From a virus (Duplodnaviria > Caudoviricetes): DNA of 56,899 nucleotides. Location: positions 1-56,899 of the IMG/VR virus record IMGVR_UViG_3300031673_009818. One strand, given 5' to 3'. A program made the position numbers and the translations under genes. Of the stretch, positions 27,518-37,472 are shown piece after piece (positions within the stretch are counted from its first letter, which is position 1; each line of letters starts with the position of its first letter). The notes under the pieces were generated by a model. The model had not been told where the DNA came from and did not search any database. It worked only from the letters and a program-made list of their open reading frames with translations.

Positions 27518-29089
27518 TTAAAATTGCTTTATAATTATCATAGCACCAGAAATTACTGTTACATCATCATTATCCGTTGTATTTACAATTTGCAATTCAA
27601 AATAATCATCTATTGAAATTGGAGGTGTACATTTACCTGTAATAGTGGATGTTGTCCCTTTGCCTGAAAAAGTAGATCCGTCAATTTGAATAGTTCCATT
27701 TTTTAATACGGAAATTTTAAAAACATCATTATCGGAGAAGGTTGCGGACAATGAATAAAACACTGATGCATATCTGCAATAATCAGTTGCCACTATGGTA
27801 TCTCCTGCATTTACAAAGTCCTCAGCTACATTCGAAGTAAATAATGTTTTTGTTGGATTTGTAACTCGCTTCCAAATGTTAACTGTCAAATCTAAAAGTA
27901 AAGATGAATCCTTAAACTCATAACATGAAAGCATCGGATCGCTTGTAAAATTACCCGAAACCTTTACGCTATCTGCTTCAATTATCAATTCAGTTGCGGA
28001 AATGGTGCTTATTTTCGCGGTGTCAAGGACTATCAAATTTCCATTAATATCCAATAATTCAGATGGATTATTTGTTCCTATTCCAACATTACCTTTCAAA
28101 AGAGTAGTTACAACATTATCATCACCCAAAACAACACTGTTTGAACCAATACCAGTCGCACCATATCCAAAAACATTTTCATTTGTGACGCCATCCGCAG
28201 AGGCTTTTGTGTTATATCCAATATAAACTGAACTATTTGTAGTTTCATTTGGGGAAGTACCATTTGCGATGTAGCGACCAGCAGCATAACCATTGGCAGT
28301 ATTTTGATAACCAGTTGTATTGGAACAAAGAGCATAAGAACCATTGGCAGTGTTTCGATAACCAGTTGTATTAAAATAAAGAGCAGTATAACCATTGGCA
28401 ATATTTTGATAACCAGTTGTATTAGAATAAAGAGCAGTATAACCATTGGCAATGTTTCGATAACCAGTCGTATTAGAAAAAAAGGCACTAGTCCCAATTG
28501 CAATATTGCAACTCGCATCTGATGTGTTTGTCGCAGTACTCCCCATAGTGAAGTTCCCTGCGTTCACTCCAAAAAAAGTATTATGCCCTACTGGTATCGC
28601 AGTACCCCCTGTAGGGTGTGAAAAATTATGTATAAATCTATTAGATTCCTTATAAATCACCCCTATTGATGATGATGTTGTTATCGGCAGCTTGAAATTA
28701 CCAATAAGTTCAAGCTGTTCATTTACAATCAAATTTTCACCAATCTTTATTGGATTCAAACTCTCAAGCCTAGTAGTGTCCCCATCATCAAAAATATACA
28801 CGGAATCCACCCCAGATAAATCGGTCAATATGAGCGAATCACCATTTGAATAATATGGTAGTGCCTCAGATAGTTCTTTGGTAACAGTGCTTAATGTCGA
28901 AGTGGCTAAACCTTTTTCAGTTAATCTATAAAACTTTTTTGCACTTTCATCATAAACAATTGTGCCTATCGGTTTAATTTTGCCAAATTGCGTTGTGGCA
29001 TCTGGTAACTTGAATATCCCAACTGTTGTTTGCCCAAATGCCAAATTAAAAGTTAGGATTAATACTAAGATAAATAATAATTTTTTCAT
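27518..29089 (-). CDS. Adhesin/tail-fibre-like protein with 14-aa beta-roll repeats and a signal peptide
   Basis: (NTTGY-N-ANGY-ALY) x4; GNVGIGTNNP; MKKLLFILVLILTFNLAFGQ. Confidence 0.7.
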   Translation of the reverse strand: MKKLLFILVLILTFNLAFGQTTVGIFKLPDATTQFGKIKPIGTIVYDESAKKFYRLTEKGLATSTLSTVTKELSEALPYYSNGDSLILTDLSGVDSVYIFDDGDTTRLESLNPIKIGENLIVNEQLELIGNFKLPITTSSSIGVIYKESNRFIHNFSHPTGGTAIPVGHNTFFGVNAGNFTMGSTATNTSDASCNIAIGTSAFFSNTTGYRNIANGYTALYSNTTGYQNIANGYTALYFNTTGYRNTANGSYALCSNTTGYQNTANGYAAGRYIANGTSPNETTNSSVYIGYNTKASADGVTNENVFGYGATGIGSNSVVLGDDNVVTTLLKGNVGIGTNNPSELLDINGNLIVLDTAKISTISATELIIEADSVKVSGNFTSDPMLSCYEFKDSSLLLDLTVNIWKRVTNPTKTLFTSNVAEDFVNAGDTIVATDYCRYASVFYSLSATFSDNDVFKISVLKNGTIQIDGSTFSGKGTTSTITGKCTPPISIDDYFELQIVNTTDNDDVTVISGAMIIIKQF

Positions 29090-29098
29090 AATTTAAAA

Positions 29099-29338
29099 TT
29101 AATTTGTTAAATAAATTTCTGAACCATCGCCCGGAGCCACTGCAAAAGTAATGGATGTTGTTCCACCTCCTGTATATCCAGTTGTTTGTATTATTTGATC
29201 AACATAGACTCGATTAATTCTAAATAAGGCACTAAATATTACTTGTGCCCCAACCGATGTTTGTAAGCTATCTTCAAATTCACCATTACCTCCAGCTCCA
29301 TAAGCTTTAACTAATCCTGTTCCTTTTACTAGTGTCAT
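29099..29338 (-). CDS. Small tail-associated protein
   Basis: VYVD...GYT...SITFAVAP..GSEI. Confidence 0.6.
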   Translation of the reverse strand: MTLVKGTGLVKAYGAGGNGEFEDSLQTSVGAQVIFSALFRINRVYVDQIIQTTGYTGGGTTSITFAVAPGDGSEIYLTN

Positions 29339-29625
29339 ATCGATATGTCTTTTATATAAGTTAAATCGTAACCAGCTACATTTATTCTATCAGACGTGCC
29401 AATAAAAGCAATATATTTCGGCAATGTGTCAAAAGCATAGTAAAAATCTTCTGTTAAAGGATCTGACACAGGGGTTAAATCTGCAACTGTAAGTAATAAT
29501 GCTGGTTCCAATTCACTTCCGTAAACTGTTAAACTTACCGTTCCTTTTAATTCAATTCGTGCTGTTTGCCCGATATTCGCACTTGTGTGCGGTTTTGTTA
29601 GATATAATTTATTTGGTTCTATCAT
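29335..29625 (-). CDS. Hypothetical tail-module protein
   Basis: ORF in operon. Confidence 0.6.
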   Translation of the reverse strand: MIEPNKLYLTKPHTSANIGQTARIELKGTVSLTVYGSELEPALLLTVADLTPVSDPLTEDFYYAFDTLPKYIAFIGTSDRINVAGYDLTYIKDISI

Positions 29626-29627
29626 AA

Positions 29628-30815
29628 TTATATGAATTTTTGTACACGATTATTAACATATTCTGTTGTAAAAATATTAGTTTCATTAACAACAATCCCT
29701 CTGGGCTGATTAAACTGACCATCACCCGTTCCTAAACTCCCAAATTTAGAAATAAAAACGCCGTTTATATCAAATATCTGAACTCTGTGATTTCCTACGT
29801 CAACAACAAAAATATTAGATGCATTAATTGATATATCGTGCGGAGCATCAAACTCCCCATCCCCACTTCCAGCACTCCCAAATTTTGAAACAAAATTGCC
29901 AACTAAATCAAATATTTGAACTCGGTCATTTACTATTTCAGTTACAAAAATATTAGTTTCATTAACTACAATCCCTGATGGTTCATTAAATTCACCATCA
30001 CCCGTCCCATAACTTCCAAATTTTGAAACAAAATTACCATTTAAATCAAATATTTGAACTCTTCTAGTTCCTATTTCAGTTGTAAAAATATTATTGGAAT
30101 TAACGGCAATTCCAATACCTCCATTAAACTGACCATCTCCATTACCATCACTCCCAAATTTTGAAACAAAAGTTCCAACTAAATCAAATATCTGAACTCT
30201 GTGATTTCCTGCGTCAACAACAAAAATATTAGTGTCATTTATTGTAATTCCAATTGGAAAATTAAACTCCCCGTCCGCACTTCCAAACACTCCAAATTTT
30301 GAAACAAAATTACCATTTAAGTCAAATATCTGAACTCGGTTATTTCCTGTATCAGCAACAAAAATATTAGCTGCATTTACTGCAATCATTCTTGGTTTAT
30401 CAAACTGACCATCCCCACTTCCAACACTCCCAAATTTAGAAATAAAATTGCCACTAATATTATCACCAGTACCATCAACTTTTATAAACCTCCCTACTAT
30501 TGCATCACCACCCTCAATATTAACCGAATAATACCAACCTGAAGGAATGTAATTAGAACCTATCAATTGTACATCAAACGAATTTGTATCAATATCTGAA
30601 ATAGTATCACCTGGCTCAATTATATCATCATTTTTTACAAAATAAACAAATCCATCTTGTAATGTCTGGACGTTAATTGCATGGTTAGTGGTTGTTTTGG
30701 TGGATGCATATCTCTTACTTTCATCACCAACGCCAAAATCGTTTTGTATTTTACGTTTTTGTATTAATGTTAAATCAGCGAATTTTATCGCAATTGAAGG
30801 GGTGGGTATTGACAT
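29628..30815 (-). CDS. NHL-repeat six-bladed beta-propeller protein (paralogue 2)
   Basis: Six 47-aa GSGDGQF-P-GIAVN--NIFVAD-GNNRVQIFD repeats. Confidence 0.9.
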   Translation of the reverse strand: MSIPTPSIAIKFADLTLIQKRKIQNDFGVGDESKRYASTKTTTNHAINVQTLQDGFVYFVKNDDIIEPGDTISDIDTNSFDVQLIGSNYIPSGWYYSVNIEGGDAIVGRFIKVDGTGDNISGNFISKFGSVGSGDGQFDKPRMIAVNAANIFVADTGNNRVQIFDLNGNFVSKFGVFGSADGEFNFPIGITINDTNIFVVDAGNHRVQIFDLVGTFVSKFGSDGNGDGQFNGGIGIAVNSNNIFTTEIGTRRVQIFDLNGNFVSKFGSYGTGDGEFNEPSGIVVNETNIFVTEIVNDRVQIFDLVGNFVSKFGSAGSGDGEFDAPHDISINASNIFVVDVGNHRVQIFDINGVFISKFGSLGTGDGQFNQPRGIVVNETNIFTTEYVNNRVQKFI

Positions 30816-31991
30816 TTATATGAATTTTTGAACGTTATTATTAGCAAAATCAGTAACAAAAATATTATTTTCATTTACTGTAATTCCATATGGAGCATTA
30901 AACTCCCCATCCCCACTTCCAGCACTTCCAAATTTTGAAACAAAATTGCCAACTAAATCAAATTTCTGAACTCGGTCATTTGAACTATCAGTAACAAAAA
31001 TATTATTTTCATTTACTGTAATTCCATATGGAGCATTAAACTGACCATCCCCACTTCCATAACTTCCAAATTTTGAAACAAAATTGCCAACTAAATCAAA
31101 TTTCTGAACTCGGTCATTTGAACTATCAGTAACAAAAATATTATTTTCATTTACTGTAATTCCATATGGAGCATAAAACTGACCATCCCCACTTCCATAA
31201 CTTCCAAATTTTGAAACAAAATTGCCAACTAAATCAAATTTCTGAACTCGGTCATTTCCCAAATCAGTTATAAAAATATTAGTGGAATTAATCGCAATTC
31301 CAACACCTCCATTAAACTGACCATCTGCACTTCCTACACTTCCAAATTTTGAAACAAAAGTTCCAACTAAATCAAATATCTGAACTCTATTATTTCCATA
31401 ATCAGCAACAAAAATATTATTTTCATTTACTGTAATTCCATGTGGGTTACTAAACTGACCATCACCACTGCCAACACTCCCAAATTCAGAAACAAAATTA
31501 CCATTTAAATCAAATATCTGAACTCTGTGATTTCCATGATCAGTAACAAAAATATTATTTTCATTTACTGTAATTCCATATGAAGCATTAAACTGACCAT
31601 CACCTGTTCCGGTACTTCCCCACTTACTCAAAAAATCACCTCCAATATCATTAAACTCAACAAACCTCCCCACCACCGCATTACTACCATCAATATTAAC
31701 CGAATAATACCAACCTGAAGGAATGTAATTAGAACCTATCAAAACTACATCAAACGAATTTGTATCAATATCTGAAATAGTATCACCTGGCTCAATTATA
31801 TCATCATTTTTTACAAAATAAACAAATCCATCTTGTAATGTCTGGACGTTAATTGCATGGTTAGTGGTTGTTTTGGTGGATGCCAACAAAACATTAAATT
31901 TTCCTATATCTAAAGAATTTTTAATTAAATTTTCCTGAGTAGTCGATAATTTATCGATTTTAACTGCTACTATTGGAGTTTGTATTATCAT
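30816..31991 (-). CDS. NHL-repeat six-bladed beta-propeller protein (paralogue 1)
   Basis: Six 47-aa NHL repeats, some nearly identical. Confidence 0.9.
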   Translation of the reverse strand: MIIQTPIVAVKIDKLSTTQENLIKNSLDIGKFNVLLASTKTTTNHAINVQTLQDGFVYFVKNDDIIEPGDTISDIDTNSFDVVLIGSNYIPSGWYYSVNIDGSNAVVGRFVEFNDIGGDFLSKWGSTGTGDGQFNASYGITVNENNIFVTDHGNHRVQIFDLNGNFVSEFGSVGSGDGQFSNPHGITVNENNIFVADYGNNRVQIFDLVGTFVSKFGSVGSADGQFNGGVGIAINSTNIFITDLGNDRVQKFDLVGNFVSKFGSYGSGDGQFYAPYGITVNENNIFVTDSSNDRVQKFDLVGNFVSKFGSYGSGDGQFNAPYGITVNENNIFVTDSSNDRVQKFDLVGNFVSKFGSAGSGDGEFNAPYGITVNENNIFVTDFANNNVQKFI

Positions 31992-31993
31992 AA

Positions 31994-32617
31994 TTATAAA
32001 ATTGTTATTGCCAATGCGTTATCATCATCTAATGCTAATGTCAAAGTTTCATCATATGCAAATGCTTGTGCTACAGATATTAAATCATAAACAGCTACTT
32101 GCAAAGGTTTTAATCCAAGAACTAAGCGTATAACTTCTGCATAATAAACACCCGTTACCGATCCTGATACAATGAAAGAATTATAAGTTAGTGAACCTAA
32201 TGCAAATGATATTTTTTCATCACCAAAATCATTGGCCCTTAAAAATCCATCATTTGCACCACTCGAATTATATTCTACTAATATATCCGTAAATCCTGCA
32301 CTTACTAATTGATCATGTATATAATCTCTTGATAATCTATTAGATGATTGCGGATAAAGCATATATGATTTTACTACTTCTCTACGTTCACCAAGTGTTG
32401 AAAGCTCAGGAGGTATAATTCCATACCTTGCCTCCCAAGGCTCAGGATCAAAATTATCATTCACATACCAAACCTGATCGTTTATAATTAATTTGGCATA
32501 ATCAATAACTAATTGAAAAGCATTGGCCAAAACCTCAAAAAGTATTTTTGTATTTAAAATACTTCTAAACGCCTTGCCGTCAGGCTTTATTTTTTCTATA
32601 AAATTATACCAACTCAT
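31994..32617 (-). CDS. Baseplate wedge protein (Mu gp48/gpI-like)
   Basis: WEARYGI...LGERREVV; follows gpJ-like gene. Confidence 0.7.
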   Translation of the reverse strand: MSWYNFIEKIKPDGKAFRSILNTKILFEVLANAFQLVIDYAKLIINDQVWYVNDNFDPEPWEARYGIIPPELSTLGERREVVKSYMLYPQSSNRLSRDYIHDQLVSAGFTDILVEYNSSGANDGFLRANDFGDEKISFALGSLTYNSFIVSGSVTGVYYAEVIRLVLGLKPLQVAVYDLISVAQAFAYDETLTLALDDDNALAITIL

Positions 32618-33825
32618 TATATAAATTCTACTAATTCTAAACGTGGGCATTCGCCATAATATAATGCCAATGCCGGATCGTTTGATGGTAATAACTCAGG
32701 TGGATAAGTTGAACCGCCCCTATAACCTACTACATATTTACTAAATACAGCATATCCTGTCGTACTTAATATATCAACTTGCAAAACAATACTATCAAAT
32801 GTTATATCCGAATTTGCAAGCAATTGAACTATATCAACTAATGCAACTGTGTTTTCAAATGTGTTATAACCATCACTTACCGTTATTAATTTATTTACTG
32901 TGTGTAAAAATGGTCTTTTAATCAATAAATAAGCCCTAATTAAGCTTTCAATGCTGGTTAACTGTCCCGAATCTCCATTTTCGACCTGTATTTTAATTCC
33001 AGAAATTTGAACCGGCAAAACATAAGTAGTATTTACAAATTCAAAAAATTCAACAGGAGGTTGGCTTTTGCCGTTAATATCATACTTAATCGCATCAATT
33101 GCATTATCAATCAAACCAGCGCTAGGAATTAAGACCTCGCTATCGGTTGATTCACAATATATTACAGCCTTACCTGCTTCGCCATCTGCCGTATAGGGGT
33201 ATGAAGTCCGAAGTCCATTTACATCTGACACCCATACAACGTAATCACTAGCATTTCCGTTACCTAATCGAAGGGTTTCATAAGCCACAACGACAGACCT
33301 ATAATGTTCTATTGTTTCGGTATCAACAGATTCTTCTGTAATTGCGGTTACTGTAATTGTATTTTCTGCATACGTTAAATTCTGTTTTGATGTTAATTCA
33401 TCAGTAACAACTAATTTACCAGCCGTCCCGGCAATTAACGCCCTTATTGGAATAATGTCACCTCCTGCAACTAATTGAGTGCTTTCGTATGAATAAATCA
33501 CCCCATTTATTTCAATAGTGAAAATTGAACCTAAAGGAATATCACCCGATCCCTTTGCTATTGTTGAGCAATTATATTCGCCTTTTATTGCTTGAAATAA
33601 CCCACGGCCAATTTTATCTTGACCAATTTCTAATAATTTATCAGCTTGCATCGAACCTACCCAAATATTATTTTTTATTCCATCAATAATTTTCACAATT
33701 GTATATAATCCCAATGCAAAAACTTTCGACATTACAATAATATCGTAACCTGCATCAGCAACCGGAATATCAAGCTTATTGCACCAATCGGTTAATATTG
33801 AATTATATATATCACTGTATGTCAT
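32617..33825 (-). CDS. Baseplate J-like protein (Mu gp47)
   Basis: IRALIAGTAG; DTETIEHYRS; GNASDYVVWVSDVNG. Confidence 0.8.
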   Translation of the reverse strand: MTYSDIYNSILTDWCNKLDIPVADAGYDIIVMSKVFALGLYTIVKIIDGIKNNIWVGSMQADKLLEIGQDKIGRGLFQAIKGEYNCSTIAKGSGDIPLGSIFTIEINGVIYSYESTQLVAGGDIIPIRALIAGTAGKLVVTDELTSKQNLTYAENTITVTAITEESVDTETIEHYRSVVVAYETLRLGNGNASDYVVWVSDVNGLRTSYPYTADGEAGKAVIYCESTDSEVLIPSAGLIDNAIDAIKYDINGKSQPPVEFFEFVNTTYVLPVQISGIKIQVENGDSGQLTSIESLIRAYLLIKRPFLHTVNKLITVSDGYNTFENTVALVDIVQLLANSDITFDSIVLQVDILSTTGYAVFSKYVVGYRGGSTYPPELLPSNDPALALYYGECPRLELVEFI

Positions 33826-33826
33826 T

Positions 33827-34261
33827 TTAATACACTTTATAAGGTATGTTTTCTAAACTTTCTTTAGTTTTTGCATAAATAAAATTGTATGCATCATTAT
33901 TTCCCTCTATTTCAATTTTTATCTCAATGGCACCTCTTGAAAATACTATTATTGCAATATCCTTAATTATGACATTAGGATTTTTTTGCATAAACCTATC
34001 AGTATCATCTTTAACAGCTTTTTTAATTAAACTTATATTAGTCGGTGTGTTTGAATTATAAGTGCTTAATGCATTTTCTGTTCGCGAAGCAACTTTTACA
34101 TCATTAATACCAAAAGCTTTATCACCTAGCCAACTAGCTGATTTTGTGGAAAATAAAGCGCAATATAATTCACTGTAAATTCCATCATCCAAAATATAAT
34201 CATTTCGTGCAAAAACAAAATAACCACCATCTAAAGTGTCAACTAATTTTAAATTTTTCAT
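33827..34261 (-). CDS. Baseplate wedge protein (Mu gp46/gp25-like)
   Basis: DDGIYSELYCALF...WLGD; synteny. Confidence 0.65.
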   Translation of the reverse strand: MKNLKLVDTLDGGYFVFARNDYILDDGIYSELYCALFSTKSASWLGDKAFGINDVKVASRTENALSTYNSNTPTNISLIKKAVKDDTDRFMQKNPNVIIKDIAIIVFSRGAIEIKIEIEGNNDAYNFIYAKTKESLENIPYKVY

Positions 34262-34309
34262 TTAACTTGTTTTCCTTGCAACATAATGTTTGCAACTATC
34301 TTATTATCA
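34261..34309 (-). repeat. Internally deleted 49-bp copy of the 161-bp element
   Basis: TGATAATAAGATAGTTGCAAACATTAT + GTTGCAAGGAAAACAAGTTAAA = left end joined to right end. Confidence 0.8.
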
Positions 34310-34314
34310 ACCAT

Positions 34315-36636
34315 TTAAGAGTTTCCAGTTGTTACTAAATTAACCCCGGTACTCTCAACATCAAGTCCAAATTTACCTCCGGTTTTGTCAACTACATTAA
34401 TAGTAATATTTCCGTTAACAGTATTATTATTTTTCTTTTTTGACGAACTTGTTTTTGTCATTACTTCGCTAGGGCCTGCATTATTAACAATTTCATTTTG
34501 AATATTTGAATTATTAATTTCACCATTCATGGCAGATATTGCCAGTTCTTTTTGAACAGTATTAGTTGAAGTGTTTGAAATATCTTTTAAAACGCTTGAA
34601 TTAGTTAGTTCTTTTTGAACCACTTCGGAAGTTCTATCCTGAACATTAACATCCTTTAAAATTGATGTTGAAAATTTGCCAGTCCATTCTTTATCTTTAG
34701 ATTTCGTATTTTTATCAAGCTCAGTAGAATTAAGATTTAAAGATTTTATTAATTCGTCACTTGATTTATCCTTCGTCACTTCAATTTCAGTTTTAGAACT
34801 TATCATTTTCCGCGCTGTTCCGGAGTTAAGTTTTTTTATTCCACGTTGTTCAAATGTTAAGTTCTTGTTAATATCAACTCCCAACTCTTTTTGAGTTTGA
34901 TCACTAAAAAAGTCAATCACTTGCCCTAATTTGTCGAATGCATCTAACATTGGCTGTATAGCAAAATCTACAAATTTGACTATCAAATCACCTATTTGAC
35001 CCATCGCACTAACAAATGATTTCACTGTGCGAGTAAAAGTATCATCCGAAGTTGCAAGATATACAACAAATTGATTCCACTTTTCAGAAACCCAATCAAT
35101 TATGGCACCTATTATTTTAAACGCTATAATTAACGGCAAAATTGCAGTCCTTATTATTTTTGCAAAAACATTATCAGATTCTTTTACCCATTTTACTATA
35201 TCCTCCCAATAGATAATTAAAGCGGCAATTGCAGCAATTAAGGCGACTATTCCTACAATTATCCAGGTTATTGGATTGGCCAAAAGAGAGGCATTAAATG
35301 CCCATTGAACCACCGTGGCTATCTTAGTGGCATTATTCATTGATTTCATAGCCACTGAACTTGTTTTCATCGCAGTAGAAGCACTTTTCAGTAAAGCTGA
35401 TTGCACACTTAAAACTGCATTCATACTAAACATTACAACCTTATAAGCTGCAAAAACTTTTATAGCAATAACTACTGATGCAATTATCGTATCCATATTT
35501 TCAGCAACAAAAGCCATAATATCTTTTAATGCTTGCATTTGATTGCCTTGTTCTTCAGTTGCTGTTATTGAATTTTTAAAGGCTGCCTCAATTTCCTTTA
35601 ATCGATTTTGAAAAGTGTTTGATTTTATGTTCATTTGCTCAGTAGCGGTTGAAGTTCCGGTTACTGATTTAGTCATTTTTTCAAAATTATCAATATTCTT
35701 AAGCAATATCTGACCAGTTGTAATGTTTTCAGCTCCAAATGTTTTTAATAAAAATGCATCCTTTTTTTGCGAAGTGCCTAATTTATCAAATTTTAATTTT
35801 GCTTCATCTAATGCATCATTGATTTTAAATTGCCCACTTGCATAACCTATTCCAGCTTGTTGAAGTTTTAAAATTGAACCTCTTAATTTTGTACCGGCTT
35901 CTTCAGCAAAAATTGATTTTGAACCCATAACCTCAACTAATGCGACTGATTGTTCCATTGTGATATTAGCGCCCGATGCAACGGCCCCAAAATTTTTCAT
36001 AGAAGCAGCAACATTGGTAATATTTGCAGAACCATAAACCGAACCTGCGGCTAATGCATTCATAACCCTTTCAGCTTGCGAAGCTTCCAAATTAAACTGA
36101 TTCATTACTCCGGTCAGGCTTAATGAACTTTTCGCCAAATCATCACCACTTGCCTTACTTAATGTAATCGCTGCATTAGTTACCCTTCCGAGTGCATCTG
36201 CATTTGCCAATAATTCAGGTTTTGCGGAGGCAACTATTTCAAATCCTTTTGCTACATCACCGGAAAACAGTTTTTGTGCTTTTCCAACCGCTGCAACCTG
36301 ACTTTTAAAAGCATCAAATTCTGATCCCGTTTTCCCGGTAATCGCTGATAAGCTTGCAAATGATGCGTCTAATTCTACATTTGCATCAATAATTGTAGTG
36401 GCAATAGCCAAAAATCCAATACCTAAGCCCAATTTGCCTAGTCCGCCTAGTCTCTTGCCTATATTCCTGCCTACTTGATTAACCCTTGCATTGAAGTTGT
36501 TCATTGCAATTGATGCAATTTTAGCCTGACGGACTATGCCACGCGACATACTTCGAGATGCAGCATTTATAGTCTTAAACACCCTACTGGCTTTATCGCC
36601 TGCCACTATATCGGTTTTTACTCTAAAGGGTCTCAT
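34315..36636 (-). CDS. Tail tape measure protein (TP901-type core)
   Basis: LTGVMNQFNLEASQAERVMNALAAGS; EAGTKLR; ANPITWII. Confidence 0.9.
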   Translation of the reverse strand: MRPFRVKTDIVAGDKASRVFKTINAASRSMSRGIVRQAKIASIAMNNFNARVNQVGRNIGKRLGGLGKLGLGIGFLAIATTIIDANVELDASFASLSAITGKTGSEFDAFKSQVAAVGKAQKLFSGDVAKGFEIVASAKPELLANADALGRVTNAAITLSKASGDDLAKSSLSLTGVMNQFNLEASQAERVMNALAAGSVYGSANITNVAASMKNFGAVASGANITMEQSVALVEVMGSKSIFAEEAGTKLRGSILKLQQAGIGYASGQFKINDALDEAKLKFDKLGTSQKKDAFLLKTFGAENITTGQILLKNIDNFEKMTKSVTGTSTATEQMNIKSNTFQNRLKEIEAAFKNSITATEEQGNQMQALKDIMAFVAENMDTIIASVVIAIKVFAAYKVVMFSMNAVLSVQSALLKSASTAMKTSSVAMKSMNNATKIATVVQWAFNASLLANPITWIIVGIVALIAAIAALIIYWEDIVKWVKESDNVFAKIIRTAILPLIIAFKIIGAIIDWVSEKWNQFVVYLATSDDTFTRTVKSFVSAMGQIGDLIVKFVDFAIQPMLDAFDKLGQVIDFFSDQTQKELGVDINKNLTFEQRGIKKLNSGTARKMISSKTEIEVTKDKSSDELIKSLNLNSTELDKNTKSKDKEWTGKFSTSILKDVNVQDRTSEVVQKELTNSSVLKDISNTSTNTVQKELAISAMNGEINNSNIQNEIVNNAGPSEVMTKTSSSKKKNNNTVNGNITINVVDKTGGKFGLDVESTGVNLVTTGNS

Positions 36637-36648
36637 TATTAGCTATTT

Positions 36649-36676
36649 AAAAAAAGCCCAATAATTAGGGCTTTTT
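36649..36676 (-). terminator. Hairpin + U7 immediately upstream of tape measure start
   Basis: AAAAAGCCC-TAATTATT-GGGCTTTTTTT. Confidence 0.65.
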
Positions 36677-36916
36677 CTTTGAGTTGAAATCTGCGATTTC
36701 TATAATTATTTCGTTATAAATGAAAAATAAACCTCTGTAATTATCACTTTGAAATTCAAATTTTTCGACTTGTTTAGGTGTGCATTTCCAATTTAATAAT
36801 ACGGTGCCTCTTACTGATTCAATCGAGTTGTATAATTCGATTATGCTATAATATCGACTTTTCGTTTCACTTGACTTATAGCCGCCAAGTTCAACAACCT
36901 TTATTTTAGTTACGAA
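36665..36916 (-). CDS. Frameshift extension (gpT equivalent) of the tail assembly chaperone
   Basis: ATG-less 83-codon frame FVTKIKVVELGG...NSKKKP* open from TTT TTT C in the +1/-2 frame. Confidence 0.75.
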   Translation of the reverse strand, partial: FVTKIKVVELGGYKSSETKSRYYSIIELYNSIESVRGTVLLNWKCTPKQVEKFEFQSDNYRGLFFIYNEIIIEIADFNSKKKP

Positions 36917-37460
36917 AAAACTCGAAACAAGTCATTAAAAGGGAATAGTCGTTTTTGTGCATTTTTAAAATACTCCTAGCTGTCAAAATTACACTAGTTC
37001 CATTTACATTCACATTTGCTAAATTAGCAGCCATTGCAGCCCTAGTATAATCGATTTGGGCGGCATTATCATCTTTTTTGATTTTGATTTTTTTCGTGAA
37101 TGCACGTTCACGGGCCTCATTTCTTGCGAACAATAATTTAATTTCATTTGTAAGAAACTCACCTTTTTCACTTTTAATTTCCCGGCGGACTTTAATAATC
37201 ACACCATCATCCTCAAATAATACCTTGCCTTGCTTAATATAAGTTATAAGCTGAACATAATCATCAAGCGACTCTTCTGTAACCGCTTCAAATTCTTCAT
37301 ATTCGCAAATGTCAATCCTTGCACTTCTGATTTTTAGAAAAATTTCTTTTTCTTCATTATCAAGTTCTTCAATGAATTTTTCACTAATACTTTTTTCAAC
37401 CTCTTTTTTAAGAGGTTTGTTTTGTTCTTCTTTTAGTTGTTGTATTGTTTTTTCTACCAT
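36906..37460 (-). CDS. Tail assembly chaperone (gpG equivalent)
   Basis: Between tube and tape measure; ends GAG TTT TTT CGT AAC TAA. Confidence 0.75.
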   Translation of the reverse strand: MVEKTIQQLKEEQNKPLKKEVEKSISEKFIEELDNEEKEIFLKIRSARIDICEYEEFEAVTEESLDDYVQLITYIKQGKVLFEDDGVIIKVRREIKSEKGEFLTNEIKLLFARNEARERAFTKKIKIKKDDNAAQIDYTRAAMAANLANVNVNGTSVILTARSILKMHKNDYSLLMTCFEFFRN

Positions 37461-37472
37461 TTTTATTTAGTT

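Noticed and set aside
29628-31991. Diversity-generating retroelement TR/VR pair or invertible shufflon
   Set aside because: No reverse transcriptase or invertase; both copies are coding, in direct orientation, and the differences are not adenine-specific
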